DNA of 63,647 nucleotides, filler included, from Octopus bimaculoides (Eukaryota): NCBI RefSeq assembly GCF_001194135.2. It is 10 parts of 10 records of this genome, joined end to end, with 100 filler letters (N's around TTAATTAATTAA, not from the genome) between each part and the next. Parts side by side here need not be neighbours in the genome. Positions count along the whole stretch, not along the records: positions 1 to 20,692 come from NC_069004.1; 9 more parts are not named here. One strand, 5' to 3'. Shown piece by piece: positions 1 to 11,259 of this stretch (position 1 is its first letter; each line of letters starts with the position of its first letter). The notes under the pieces were generated by a model. It saw only the letters and a program-made list of their open reading frames with translations, ran no database searches and was not told where the DNA came from. The position numbers and the translations under genes were made by a program.

Positions 1-1
1 A

Positions 2-69
<68 letters not shown>

Positions 70-180
70 TAATAATAATGATAATAATGATAATAATAAT
101 AATAATAATGATAATAATAATAATAATAATAATGATAATAATAATGATAATAATAATAATGATAATAATAGTGATAATAA
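1..180. repeat. (AAT)n/(GAT) microsatellite
   Basis: Direct reading of aataataat... with occasional gat units. Confidence 0.98.
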
Positions 181-435
181 TCGGTAGGAATCTACATGAA
201 ACAGGATTTGGAAAAAGGGTTTAAAAAATCGTTGAAAGTATGGTTAGGATAGGGCTTTCTTCTATATCTCTTTCATCACGTGGTGTTTTGTAGCTGGCGT
301 ATCACTTGTTCTTGAAATAGGAAAATTGATATCATTCAAAATTGTGATATGATGTGATATGATGTGATTGATGGTCACTAGGTCAAAAAAGAGATTTTTC
401 CTTTCTATCTCTCTCTATCTGTCTCTCGCTCTCTT

Positions 436-477
<42 letters not shown>

Positions 478-714
478 TCAAAAAGGGATAAAACTCTTTT
501 ACAAGGAGTTTATCAAGAAGCCAGTGTGTAAAAAAATTCATAAGGGAAATTTCTATTCCCAAGAATATAATTATACGCTTATATTTATATAAGGGGCATT
601 ACTACAGAATAATAATGCCACACACTGGACTTCTCAAAATAAACACGTTTTTAGTACCGAATTCGAGGAAACACAACCAACAGAAGAAAACCACCTTTCT
701 TTTAAATAACTCAG

Positions 715-775
715 CTCTGTATCGACCGATTTCGCGATTACTAGAATGAATCTAGACTCCGCTCATCAGCATAGT
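715..775 (-). ncRNA. Degenerate minimal hammerhead ribozyme motif (Penelope-type)
   Basis: Minus strand reads CTGATGA-gcggagtctagattcattctagtaatcgc-GAAA-tcg-GTC. Stem II gcg/cgc plus ctaga/tctag; stem I is weak. Confidence 0.45.
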
Positions 776-791
776 ATTGCTTATGAAAAAC

Positions 792-851
792 ATATACAAA
801 TAAACAGAATTCTCACCTTACCAAAAACGAGAATTCTGTTTATTTGTATAT
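792..851. repeat. Perfect 23-bp inverted repeat with 14-nt loop
   Basis: atatacaaataaacagaattctc (792-814) is the exact reverse complement of 829-851; it ends at the gap edge. Confidence 0.9.
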
Positions 852-1370
852 NNNNNNNNNNNNNNNNNNNNNNNNNNNNNNNNNNNNNNNNNNNNNNNNN
901 NNNNNNNNNNNNNNNNNNNNNNNNNNNNNNNNNNNNNNNNNNNNNNNNNNNNNNNNNNNNNNNNNNNNNNNNNNNNNNNNNNNNNNNNNNNNNNNNNNNN
1001 NNNNNNNNNNNNNNNNNNNNNNNNNNNNNNNNNNNNNNNNNNNNNNNNNNNNNNNNNNNNNNNNNNNNNNNNNNNNNNNNNNNNNNNNNNNNNNNNNNNN
1101 NNNNNNNNNNNNNNNNNNNNNNNNNNNNNNNNNNNNNNNNNNNNNNNNNNNNNNNNNNNNNNNNNNNNNNNNNNNNNNNNNNNNNNNNNNNNNNNNNNNN
1201 NNNNNNNNNNNNNNNNNNNNNNNNNNNNNNNNNNNNNNNNNNNNNNNNNNNNNNNNNNNNNNNNNNNNNNNNNNNNNNNNNNNNNNNNNNNNNNNNNNNN
1301 NNNNNNNNNNNNNNNNNNNNNNNNNNNNNNNNNNNNNNNNNNNNNNNNNNNNNNNNNNNNNNNNNNNNNN

Positions 1371-1547
1371 TTATGTCAGAAAAATGTTATAAAATCTTTT
1401 TGGTATATAAACATTGTATTTTGAGAAATAACCGGTTTCGTGTTGTCTTTTCAAATTTCTCTATTGAAAAGACAACACGAAACCGGTTATTTCTCAAAAT
1501 ACAATATTTATATACCAAAAAGATTTTATAAGATTTTTCTGACATAA
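1371..1547. repeat. Long foldback palindrome (~84-bp arms, 9-nt loop), MITE-like
   Basis: 1371-1454 versus 1464-1547 are reverse complements with 2 mismatches; the left arm starts at the gap edge. Confidence 0.9.
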
Positions 1548-2501
1548 TTTAAATATATACTTTAACCATGTAACACAAGCCTTCTGTAGTTTTTTCACTC
1601 TTATTATCTTTTATACATCCAACCACGTGCTTTCACATACCAACTTTCTCACCTATATATATATATATATATATATATATGTTTTGTATGTAACCATTAT
1701 ACACATATTTACAAACAGATAATCGCATATATATATATATGTCTATTATATACTATTGTGTCATTATATATATTTATATAATAAAGAGATTTGGGAGAAT
1801 CCTCTCTTTTCGAAACCAAATGAATTTTAAACCTTGTGGGTGTCATTTGAATGTGTTTTGCCTGCTTTTATCGAAACAAGTGGAAAAAAGCACATGAAGC
1901 ATCCCACGTGAGTTCGATGTCTTAACATCGTCGTTGTCATTAAACAATATGCCCAGCTGATCAAACTCATCTTTGGCAATGTTCCAGCCATGAAACCTTT
2001 GTATTTCAATCCAGCCATAGTCTATCTAAGATTACATCATGCTATGTGTACTATTCCTATTAAGAGATTAGGGTCTTATTTTCGAAAGGCAATTAGTTGC
2101 TTTTATTTTTTGTTTTAGATTTTGAGCAGTGTGCTCATCGTTGTAGAATCTACCTCTACCAGATCTAACGTTCTTGCTTTTTCAAGTGGTTACTTCGTAA
2201 TATGTTAACCCTTTGTTTGTCCACTGTATCGTATCTGGCACGATACACAGAATATATTTCCCTGGCGTCTATGGATCCTCTATGTTATACATTCACAATT
2301 TTTTTCGACCACCAGAGTAAATTAGGACTTAAATTTTTATTACTAAGAAGTCTACCGCAAATTTATAGAAATGTTTTTGAATGGTAGAGAGTTGACACAC
2401 TTTTCCTAAATACCCTATGTCAAGTGATGGACAATGAATGAACACTAAATCCTTATAAGGACGCACCCAGCTAAATATGTATGTAATTTTGTTATTTACA
2501 G

Positions 2502-2671
2502 CAAATGGTTATTTCCTCCTAAAAGATGTTGTTAAATTCACGAAAGTGGCTGGGGAGTTGCAAACGGAAGGTTACATCGTAGATAAACCCGCGTATTCTA
2601 GCAGCGAACCAGTTATTGATACATCAAATATTAGCTGGGAAAACTTCGACAACTGTGATTTGTATACTAAG
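2502..2671 (+). CDS. Internal exon A of uncharacterised secreted-type protein (xNGYFLLKDVV...ISWENFDNCDLYTK)
   Basis: Acceptor ttttgttatttacag| and donor AAG|gtaagt; open frame, phase 1 to 0. Confidence 0.8.
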
Positions 2672-2736
2672 GTAAGTATGAATTTATACATGTAGCTTGT
2701 AGAGAAAACGGTAATCGAGTCTACATGAAGACTATC

Positions 2737-3129
2737 GGTGGTGGTTGGCACTCCGTCGGTTACGACGACGAGGGTTCCAGTTGATCCGATCAACGGAACA
2801 GCCAGATCGTGAAATTAACGTGCAAGTGGCTGAGCATTCCACAGACATGTGTACTCTTAATGTAGTTCTTGGGAAGATTCAGCGTGACACACAGTGTAAC
2901 AAGGCTGGCCCTTTGAATTAGAGGCACAACAGAAACAGGAAGTAAAAGTGAGAGAAAGTTGTGGTGAAAGAGTACAGCAGGGTTCGCCACCATCCCCTGC
3001 CGGAGCCTTGTGGAACTTTAGGTGTTTTCGCTCAATAAACACTCACAACGTCTGATCTGGGAATCGAAACGCGATCACTACAACTGCGAGTCCGCTGCCC
3101 TAACCACTGTGCCATTGCGCCTCCACACG
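2737..3129 (-). mobile_element. tRNA(Arg-TCG-like)-derived SINE, family C, full length with TSD
   Basis: Minus head gtggaggcgcaatggcacagtggttagggcagcggactcgc with A/B boxes; 11-bp TSD tgaagactatc at 2726-2736 and 3130-3140; paralog at 6284-6672. Confidence 0.9.
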
Positions 3130-3304
3130 TGAAGACTATCAAAGAAGGCGAATAAGTACTGGAGGAAAAAGAAATAATAGAGGGGGTGGGGGGTAAATAA
3201 AACAACGTCCTTCAGAGAATCCCAGAATGAAATCCTAAACGCATGCGAGACCTTTTCTTTTTTTGTTATTCTGTCCCTTTCCCTCTTCGTCTCCNNNNNN
3301 NNNN

Positions 3305-3736
3305 GCACACAAACACAAACACCCACACACACACACACACATGCACACACGCACACATGCATACGCACACACACATGCACACACAAACACTCACATACAC
3401 ATGCACTCAAACACTCACACACACACACACATGCACACAAACACTCACACACATACACATACACACACACACACAGACACGCACACATACACACACATAC
3501 ACACACATGCACACAAACACAAACACACACACACACATACACACACATGCACACACACATGCATACGCACACACACATGCACACACAAACACTCACACAT
3601 ACACATACACACACACACAGACACGCACACATACACACACATGCACACACACATGCACACACACACACACAGACACGCACACACACACAGACACCCGCAC
3701 ATACACACACATGCACACAAACACACATACACACAC
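3305..3736. repeat. Compound (CA)-rich repeat with higher-order units
   Basis: Direct reading; source of the HT/CV-rich spurious ORFs. Confidence 0.95.
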
Positions 3737-5172
3737 NNNNNNNNNNNNNNNNNNNNNNNNNNNNNNNNNNNNNNNNNNNNNNNNNNNNNNNNNNNNNNNN
3801 NNNNNNNNNNNNNNNNNNNNNNNNNNNNNNNNNNNNNNNNNNNNNNNNNNNNNNNNNNNNNNNNNNNNNNNNNNNNNNNNNNNNNNNNNNNNNNNNNNNN
3901 NNNNNNNNNNNNNNNNNNNNNNNNNNNNNNNNNNNNNNNNNNNNNNNNNNNNNNNNNNNNNNNNNNNNNNNNNNNNNNNNNNNNNNNNNNNNNNNNNNNN
4001 NNNNNNNNNNNNNNNNNNNNNNNNNNNNNNNNNNNNNNNNNNNNNNNNNNNNNNNNNNNNNNNNNNNNNNNNNNNNNNNNNNNNNNNNNNNNNNNNNNNN
4101 NNNNNNNNNNNNNNNNNNNNNNNNNNNNNNNNNNNNNNNNNNNNNNNNNNNNNNNNNNNNNNNNNNNNNNNNNNNNNNNNNNNNNNNNNNNNNNNNNNNN
4201 NNNNNNNNNNNNNNNNNNNNNNNNNNNNNNNNNNNNNNNNNNNNNNNNNNNNNNNNNNNNNNNNNNNNNNNNNNNNNNNNNNNNNNNNNNNNNNNNNNNN
4301 NNNNNNNNNNNNNNNNNNNNNNNNNNNNNNNNNNNNNNNNNNNNNNNNNNNNNNNNNNNNNNNNNNNNNNNNNNNNNNNNNNNNNNNNNNNNNNNNNNNN
4401 NNNNNNNNNNNNNNNNNNNNNNNNNNNNNNNNNNNNNNNNNNNNNNNNNNNNNNNNNNNNNNNNNNNNNNNNNNNNNNNNNNNNNNNNNNNNNNNNNNNN
4501 NNNNNNNNNNNNNNNNNNNNNNNNNNNNNNNNNNNNNNNNNNNNNNNNNNNNNNNNNNNNNNNNNNNNNNNNNNNNNNNNNNNNNNNNNNNNNNNNNNNN
4601 NNNNNNNNNNNNNNNNNNNNNNNNNNNNNNNNNNNNNNNNNNNNNNNNNNNNNNNNNNNNNNNNNNNNNNNNNNNNNNNNNNNNNNNNNNNNNNNNNNNN
4701 NNNNNTGTGTGTGTGTATGTGTGTGTGTGCGCGCACGCGCGCGTCTGTTGCATGTGGTGAAGATTGGCAACGACAGGCTCTGCAGAGGGAAACTTCATGG
4801 TCCAATGGGGAGGAAGACGGCTGGTAAGATTGCAAGATGGAAGACATCTTGTACTACATCCGTCTCCATTCTTTTCTGGATTGAGGCTGGTCACGGACAG
4901 GAGAGTGAGTTGGTAGTCTACAACTGATGCTTTATTTTAAACGAAATCATCGCACAAGTCATCAGTCATCCTTAAGGACCACTAGATGGTCCTCGTCACT
5001 CCGACAGACGAACACGACCCGTCCTTATCCCTTTGGACACCAAGTTCCCATTTAAAAGTTGTTGAATGTTTATCACTACGTGTAGTTGGATCGAAGCCGA
5101 TAAACCATAAAATGCCATTTCTTAGCTTATTGCACATATTGTATTACTAAATCTTTCTCTCTTCTTTCACAG

Positions 5173-5349
5173 CTAAGCATAGCCGCCGCTGAAAGAACGG
5201 CGAATAAGACCAATGATGCTGATAACATTGTCGAATCGATTATGCAAAACCCGTTATTGGTGTCCGACCATGTAGCTCCACTTGAAAGAGTAGACAAGTT
5301 CATTCCAGAGAAACGTGGATGGTTTGACTTTTTAAAATCCAAAATTAAT
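5173..5349 (+). CDS. Internal exon B (LSIAAAERTANKT...PEKRGWFDFLKSKIN)
   Basis: Acceptor ctttctctcttctttcacag| and donor AAT|gtaggt; 177 nt = 59 open codons, phase 0 to 0. Absent from the ORF track on this strand. Confidence 0.82.
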
Positions 5350-5859
5350 GTAGGTTTAATTTGAACTTTTTTTTCGCTTTCGTTTTCATTTTCGTAATTG
5401 TTTCTCAGAAACTGCCTGCAAAAAAAAAAACATATATATAAATGAGGTAACTAGGGAACCACTACGTGATAGCTCAACCAGCTAAAAATGCCAGCAGTTG
5501 AATCAGAACATCTTTAAAATTGAATGTCGCATTAGATAACACTGTGTTACAAAATTTTTATTGTTTTCTTTATTTTTCTTTGGTCCGTAAGTGTTATTTT
5601 CTACTTCTTCTATTTAGAAATTAGAAGAAACGACTACTATTCCCTTCAGACTTTGCATTTTTGACCTGGACGTCAATGTTTTCAAACTGATCTATTTTCC
5701 TTTACATTTCAGACAGATTCAGCGCTGAGACGCTGAAATAGAAATACCGTTATAGCAAATGCCTCAGATTTACTTGTCAGTTGCTTGACATTAACCACAT
5801 GAGAATGTCCCTGGTTGATAATATGTTCATCTCTGATCATGAGTAGCAGTAGCGGAGTA

Positions 5860-5915
5860 GAACTCCAAAGATTCCTTCTCAACACTCATGTGTTGAGAGG
5901 GAATCTTTGGAGTTC
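5860..5915. other. 26-bp hairpin with 4-nt loop inside an intronic repeat
   Basis: gaactccaaagattccttctcaacac-tcat-gtgttgagagggaatctttggagttc, with one G-T pair. Confidence 0.85.
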
Positions 5916-6283
5916 GAATAATTCATCCCTGGAAACATAGGTGTTTAGTTCATCATCCTTAAGCGACCCTTATTCAGAGACCTTTTGGGTGGGATGGGAT
6001 TCTTTGGGGTTTGAATAAATGTTACAAAAGCAAAGTTTGAGGGAAATATTAGCCGTTATTCATACTTTCTAGTGGTAACCAAGAAGGAAATAACAGTTAC
6101 TATCCAAAGACAAAAACCGTGATACACTGTGTAATGCAGGGTGTCTTTGCTGAGAGGAGTTCCAATTAAAAAAGAAAGACTGATTTGGAGCTGAGTTTGA
6201 GACTGTGTATGTGAGTGTTTGGGGTAAGATCTTAATAATTCAGATTATCGTGAATTATGCAGTGCTTCAAATGCTTAGAATAG

Positions 6284-6672
6284 CTGTTGTTGTTGGCACT
6301 CCGTCACTTACGACGTCGAGGGTTCCAGTTGATCCGATCAACGGAACAGCCTGCTCGTGAAATTAACGTGCAAGTGGCTGAGCACTCCACAGACACGTGT
6401 ACCCTTAACGTAGTTCTCGGGGATATTCAGCGTGACACAGTGTGACAGGGCTGACCCTTTGAATTACAGGCACAACAGAAACAGGAAGAAAGAGTGAGAG
6501 AAAGTTGTGGTGAAAGAGTACAGCACGGTTCGCCACCATCACCTGCCGGAGCCTCGTGGAGCTTTAGGTGTTTTCTCTCAATAAACACTCACAACGCCCG
6601 GTCTGGGAATCGAAACCGCGATCCTATGACCACGAGTCCGCTGCCCTAACCACTGGGCTATTGCACCTCCAC
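6284..6672 (-). mobile_element. tRNA(Arg-TCG-like)-derived SINE, family C, with TSD
   Basis: Highly similar to 2737-3129; 11-bp TSD gcttagaatag at 6273-6283 and 6673-6683. Confidence 0.9.
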
Positions 6673-6886
6673 GCTTAGAATAGTGTAGAACATTCATTCG
6701 GACCTACGCTCTGGTTTCGGGATATCTTCCCTTCCTGCTTTTCTCTTATTTTGAAAACCTTCTCTGAAGTGTAGTGGAGGGCCTGACCTCTTGACTAAAA
6801 GATAAAAGGTAAAAAGAAGAACAAAGTCAACGACAACTTCAAATATAGTTTTATTATGGATATTTTTATGGTTGAATGAGAAAGAT

Positions 6887-6952
6887 TCATCATCATCATC
6901 GTCATCATCATCATCGTCGTCGTCGTCTTCGCCGCCGTCATCAACGTCGTCG

Positions 6953-6987
<35 letters not shown>

Positions 6988-7016
6988 GTCGTCGTCGTCG
7001 TCGTCGTCGTCGTCAT

Positions 7017-7061
<45 letters not shown>

Positions 7062-7115
7062 GTCGTTGTCGTCGTCATCATTATCACCATCATCATCATC
7101 GTTGTCGTTGTCATC
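6887..7115. repeat. (CAT)n/(CGT)n microsatellite
   Basis: Direct reading; gives the poly-D/H/S/M ORFs. Confidence 0.95.
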
Positions 7116-7117
7116 AA

Positions 7118-7377
7118 CAAACCTTGGACATTGCTGTCTCATAGGGCTGGTTACACGATTTCCATGGTTTAGAAGTGACCGAGATCGAAACAGAAGCCCT
7201 GCATGGGATGTTGGTCGGTCACAAGGTTACTCAGTTACAGATGAATCGACTGAGACAACATGATAAGATGTGTTTTGCTCAAGAGCACAACAACGCACCA
7301 CCCGCTGCAGGAACCGAAACTACGACTTAGCGATCGCGAGTGCAAACATGCTAACTACTAGTCCACGTGTCTTCTCA
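7118..7377 (-). mobile_element. tRNA-derived SINE, family D variant
   Basis: Shares ttgctcaagagcacaac core and a tRNA-like head with copies at 20270, 25245 and 29875. Confidence 0.65.
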
Positions 7378-8229
7378 TTGAGAAGAAACGGTCAGTGAAA
7401 ATGTGTGTAGTAAGAAGGAAGCACATAAAATTGCCAGAGCCTCGAACATTGGTGGAACAGAAGTGGTTGATGTACAGTCGCAACAACATCTCTATGTAAT
7501 ATTCCAGAAAAAAAAAAACGAAATTGGGGTGGGATTTCTCCAGACGGTTGAAAATTTGGTGGTGGTCGTGGTAAGCAGTAAGATCTGTTTAAAGCATTTA
7601 GTAGGGTCCTGGGGGAAAGAGAGACAGTACGAATGACGAGATTTGAAAAAGACGAGTGAATGAGGTATACAATTACAGTATTTACTCGTNNNNNNNNNNN
7701 NNNNNNNNNNNNNNNNNNNNNNNNNNNNNNNNNNNNNNNNNNNNNNNNNNNNNNNNNNNNNNNNNNNNNNNNNNNNNNNNNNNNNNNNNNNNNNNNNNNN
7801 NNNNNNNNNNNNNNNNNNNNNNNNNNNNNNNNNNNNNNNNNNNNNNNNNNNNNNNNNNNNNNNNNNNNNNNNNNNNNNNNNNNNNNNNNNNNNNNNNNNN
7901 NNNNNNNNNNNNNNNNNNNNNNNNNNNNNNNNNNNNNNNNNNNNNNNNNNNNNNNNNNNNNNNNNNNNNNNNNNNNNNNNNNNNNNNNNNNNNNNNNNNN
8001 NNNNNNNNNNNNNNNNNNNNNNNNNNNNNNNNNNNNNNNNNNNNNNNNNNNNNNNNNNNNNNNNNNNNNNNNNNNNNNNNNNNNNNNNNNNNNNNNNNNN
8101 NNNNNNNNNNNNNNNNNNNNNNNNNNNNNNNNNNNNNNNNNGTGTGTGCGAGTAATTTCACTTGAGAATTTCGTACCAAAAAAATTGTTCAGCCTCCAAA
8201 AAAGCAATTGAAATTTCTGTATATTTCAG

Positions 8230-8784
8230 CACCTTCAAGATATAAAAGTATGGCTGAAGAAAGTAGTCAACAAGAACGTTTTTTTGAAGAAATTTGGTGA
8301 CGATTTTCCTAAAAAATTTGCAAAATTGTCTTTATACCGTTTGAAGTATTTAAAAAGCATTTGTGAAAATCAGGTCGATGGAGCAGAAGACGAACGCTTA
8401 ATGGATTTCAAGATTTTGGATATGCCAGCAAAGACCAACGAACGTGTCCATCTCCATGTCTATAAGATGAAAGTCTGGGTTGACTGCGAATCCTCCACCA
8501 ACATGGGAGGTTTAACTTATGAATACACTAAATATTCTTTTAAGGCAAGGAATGCTCTAATAGATAGAATGAGTAGCACTGCAATAAACAGAGGTGTGGA
8601 AGCGCTAAAATGTTTCCTTAAAAAGGTTGTAGGGCCAGAGCCTTTTCGCAATGCGACTACAACACAAAAACCAGCGACTACGACTACTATTAAGACTACT
8701 GCTGCAGCTACTCCTGCAAACGGAATTAAGCCGACAATGAATATTCATCTCGTGGGAGATTGTGAACAACAAGAAAATGAGTAA
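8230..8784 (+). CDS. Terminal exon C (HLQDIKVWLKK...HLHVYKMKVWVDC...Thr-rich tail...QQENE*)
   Basis: Acceptor atatttcag| at 8229, phase 0; 185 codons to TAA 8782-8784; non-repetitive protein-like composition. Confidence 0.85.
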   Translation, partial: HLQDIKVWLKKVVNKNVFLKKFGDDFPKKFAKLSLYRLKYLKSICENQVDGAEDERLMDFKILDMPAKTNERVHLHVYKMKVWVDCESSTNMGGLTYEYTKYSFKARNALIDRMSSTAINRGVEALKCFLKKVVGPEPFRNATTTQKPATTTTIKTTAAATPANGIKPTMNIHLVGDCEQQENE

Positions 8785-8805
8785 AGTTACTTAAATTTTA
8801 TACGA

Positions 8806-8811
8806 AATAAA
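8806..8811 (+). terminator. Polyadenylation signal AATAAA
   Basis: Lies 22 nt after the stop codon of exon C. Confidence 0.6.
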
Positions 8812-8844
8812 TGCGATACATCAACTCCAAACTGTAGTAATTTT

Positions 8845-8877
<33 letters not shown>

Positions 8878-9031
8878 AAAATCAACCGAGTATTTTCGAG
8901 TGGAATTTTTTTCAAGGTAAGCTAAGATACAGCTGATCGTGTATGTTTGTGAATACACACACACACTCATGTATATATATATATGTATACATATATATAT
9001 ATTATATGTCAAGCGTTGTCTATTAATATAC

Positions 9032-9082
<51 letters not shown>

Positions 9083-9083
9083 T

Positions 9084-9124
<41 letters not shown>

Positions 9125-9530
9125 CTACGGAGATATACTTGCATAGCAAGTGACCTGATCTGAGANNNNNNNNNNNNNNNNNNNNNNNNNNNNNNNNNNN
9201 NNNNNNNNNNNNNNNNNNNNNNNNNNNNNNNNNNNNNNNNNNNNNNNNNNNNNNNNNNNNNNNNNNNNNNNNNNNNNNNNNNNNNNNNNNNNNNNNNNNN
9301 NNNNNNNNNNNNNNNNNNNNNNNNNNNNNNNNNNNNNNNNNNNNNNNNNNNNNNNNNNNNNNNNNNNNNNNNNNNNNNNNNNNNNNNNNNNNNNNNNNNN
9401 NNNNNNNNNNNNNNNNNNNNNNNNNNNNNNNNNNNNNNNNNNNNNNNNNNNNNNNNNNNNNNNNNNNNNNNNNNNNNNNNNNNNNNNNNNNNNNNNNNNN
9501 NNNNNNNNNNNNNNNNNNNNNNNNNNNNNN

Positions 9531-9579
<49 letters not shown>

Positions 9580-10132
9580 AAACATATCCTCATTGGCAAA
9601 CATATATATGTACATATATGTAAATTATGTATGCATATACATATGTGTATGTCTGTGTGAGCGCGCGTATGTTAGACCTAGCGATGGATCAAGTATGACC
9701 TTCATAAATTGGAACAATTCTCCGAAGGGCTTTCATGCAATTTCCCTTTAATAAAATTTCTCCCACACGGTTTTAGTCCACCTGCACGGTCATACTGCAC
9801 GCTAGAAGACTTTTTTCAAAGTACTACGCAGTGGGATCGAACGCGGAACCACGTTACTACGAAGTGAGACATCTAGTTCAATAAATTTCATAACTAGAGT
9901 GTAGGTCGATTGAGTCAATCATCCTGGTTCAGAACATTTCTGTAATCGATCCCAAACGGAACGAATTACCACTGCAGCGAGCCTTGAACTATGGACGTAG
10001 ATTGGACAGAACTAAATACGTCCACCACAACTAGAATAAAGATCCCCAGCTTAGGAACAGGTTAAGAAGTCTTAATGGACAGATTACAAGTGACAGAAAA
10101 GTAGTGGCTGTTTAGCATTATTTATCATTCCC

Positions 10133-10352
10133 AAGGCGGCGAGCTTCCAGAATCGCTAGTACGCCGGGCAAAATGCATAGCAGCATTCCGTCCGTCTTTA
10201 TGTTCTGAGCTCAAATTCCGCCGAGGTCGATTCTGCTTTTCATCTTTTCACGGTCGATAAATTAAGTACCGGTGAAACCCTGGGGTCGATGTAATCAACT
10301 AGCCCCCTACCTACCAAAATTTCAGGCCTTGTACCTATAGTAGAAAGGATTA
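10133..10352 (+). mobile_element. tRNA-derived SINE, family A
   Basis: ggcgagct..agaatcg head and gttctgagctcaaattccgccgaggtcga...tttcatc...gtcgataaattaagtacc core shared by more than 10 copies in the window. Confidence 0.85.
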
Positions 10353-10519
10353 TTTATTTTCCCAAAGCCGTTCTCAACAGGTTTTGAAATTAAAAGGTTT
10401 TAAAAGAAGGCAGGTAGACACCACAAGGTATGTTATCCAGTTCTCTACCGATCTGTCACACTATTTCTCGTCTTCCCTAATCTAGTTGAACCAAATCTTA
10501 TAGAGTATTTAACATAAAG

Positions 10520-10720
10520 GGTAAAGACCCCCTTCGGGCTTGAATGACCATGGGATTGCACCTAGAAAGTTCCTCTCCGATGTACAAATCCGGTCAAAGT
10601 AGTTTATGGAAGACCAGCAGTTGCTCATATATACCAGCCTTCCCTCTACACGTCACTGATGTTATCCAAGGGAAAAGCAAAGGGGCCAATACAGCTTGGT
10701 CAATACAGCTTGACACCTAA
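10520..10720 (-). mobile_element. SINE family D, 3' part
   Basis: gggattgcacctagaaagtt..ttatccaaggga shared with 20270-20516. Confidence 0.75.
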
Positions 10721-11222
10721 AGATGACAAGTGATTAAATAAATACATTCTCTCATATCCCCTGGCATTTTATCGTTTATATACTCCTCATGAAATAATTC
10801 CATCGAACGCATCTCCTGGATTTCAGGTGCATTATNNNNNNNNNNNNNNNNNNNNNNNNNNNNNNNNNNNNNNNNNNNNNNNNNNNNNNNNNNNNNNNNN
10901 NNNNNNNNNNNNNNNNNNNNNNNNNNNNNNNNNNNNNNNNNNNNNNNNNNNNNNNNNNNNNNNNNNNNNNNNNNNNNNNNNNNNNNNNNNNNNNNNNNNN
11001 NNNNNNNNNNNNNNNNNNNNNNNNNNNNNNNNNNNNNNNNNNNNNNNNNNNNNNNNNNNNNNNNNNNNNNNNNNNNNNNNNNNNNNNNNNNNNNNNNNNN
11101 NNNNNNNNNNNNNNNNNNNNNNNNNNNNNNNNNNNNNNNNNNNNNNNNNNNNNNNNNNNNNNNNNNNNNNNNNNNNNNNNNNNNNNNNNNNNNNNNNNNN
11201 NNNNNNNNNNNNNNNNNNNNNN

Positions 11223-11257
<35 letters not shown>

Positions 11258-11259
<2 letters not shown>

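Noticed and set aside
3060-3129. tRNA-Arg-like sequences (also 6600-6672 and the heads of families A, B and D)
   Set aside because: They are SINE heads fused to repeat bodies with TSDs, and have no complete cloverleaf.
3078-4927. Long ORFs (up to 589 aa) and other X-rich, poly-HT/CV/YI/D/S/R ORFs throughout the track
   Set aside because: They are read-through of N gaps and microsatellites, with no coding evidence.
8284-8286. TTG start assigned to the 166-aa ORF
   Set aside because: The frame is open back to the splice acceptor at 8229, so it is a terminal exon rather than a stand-alone gene.
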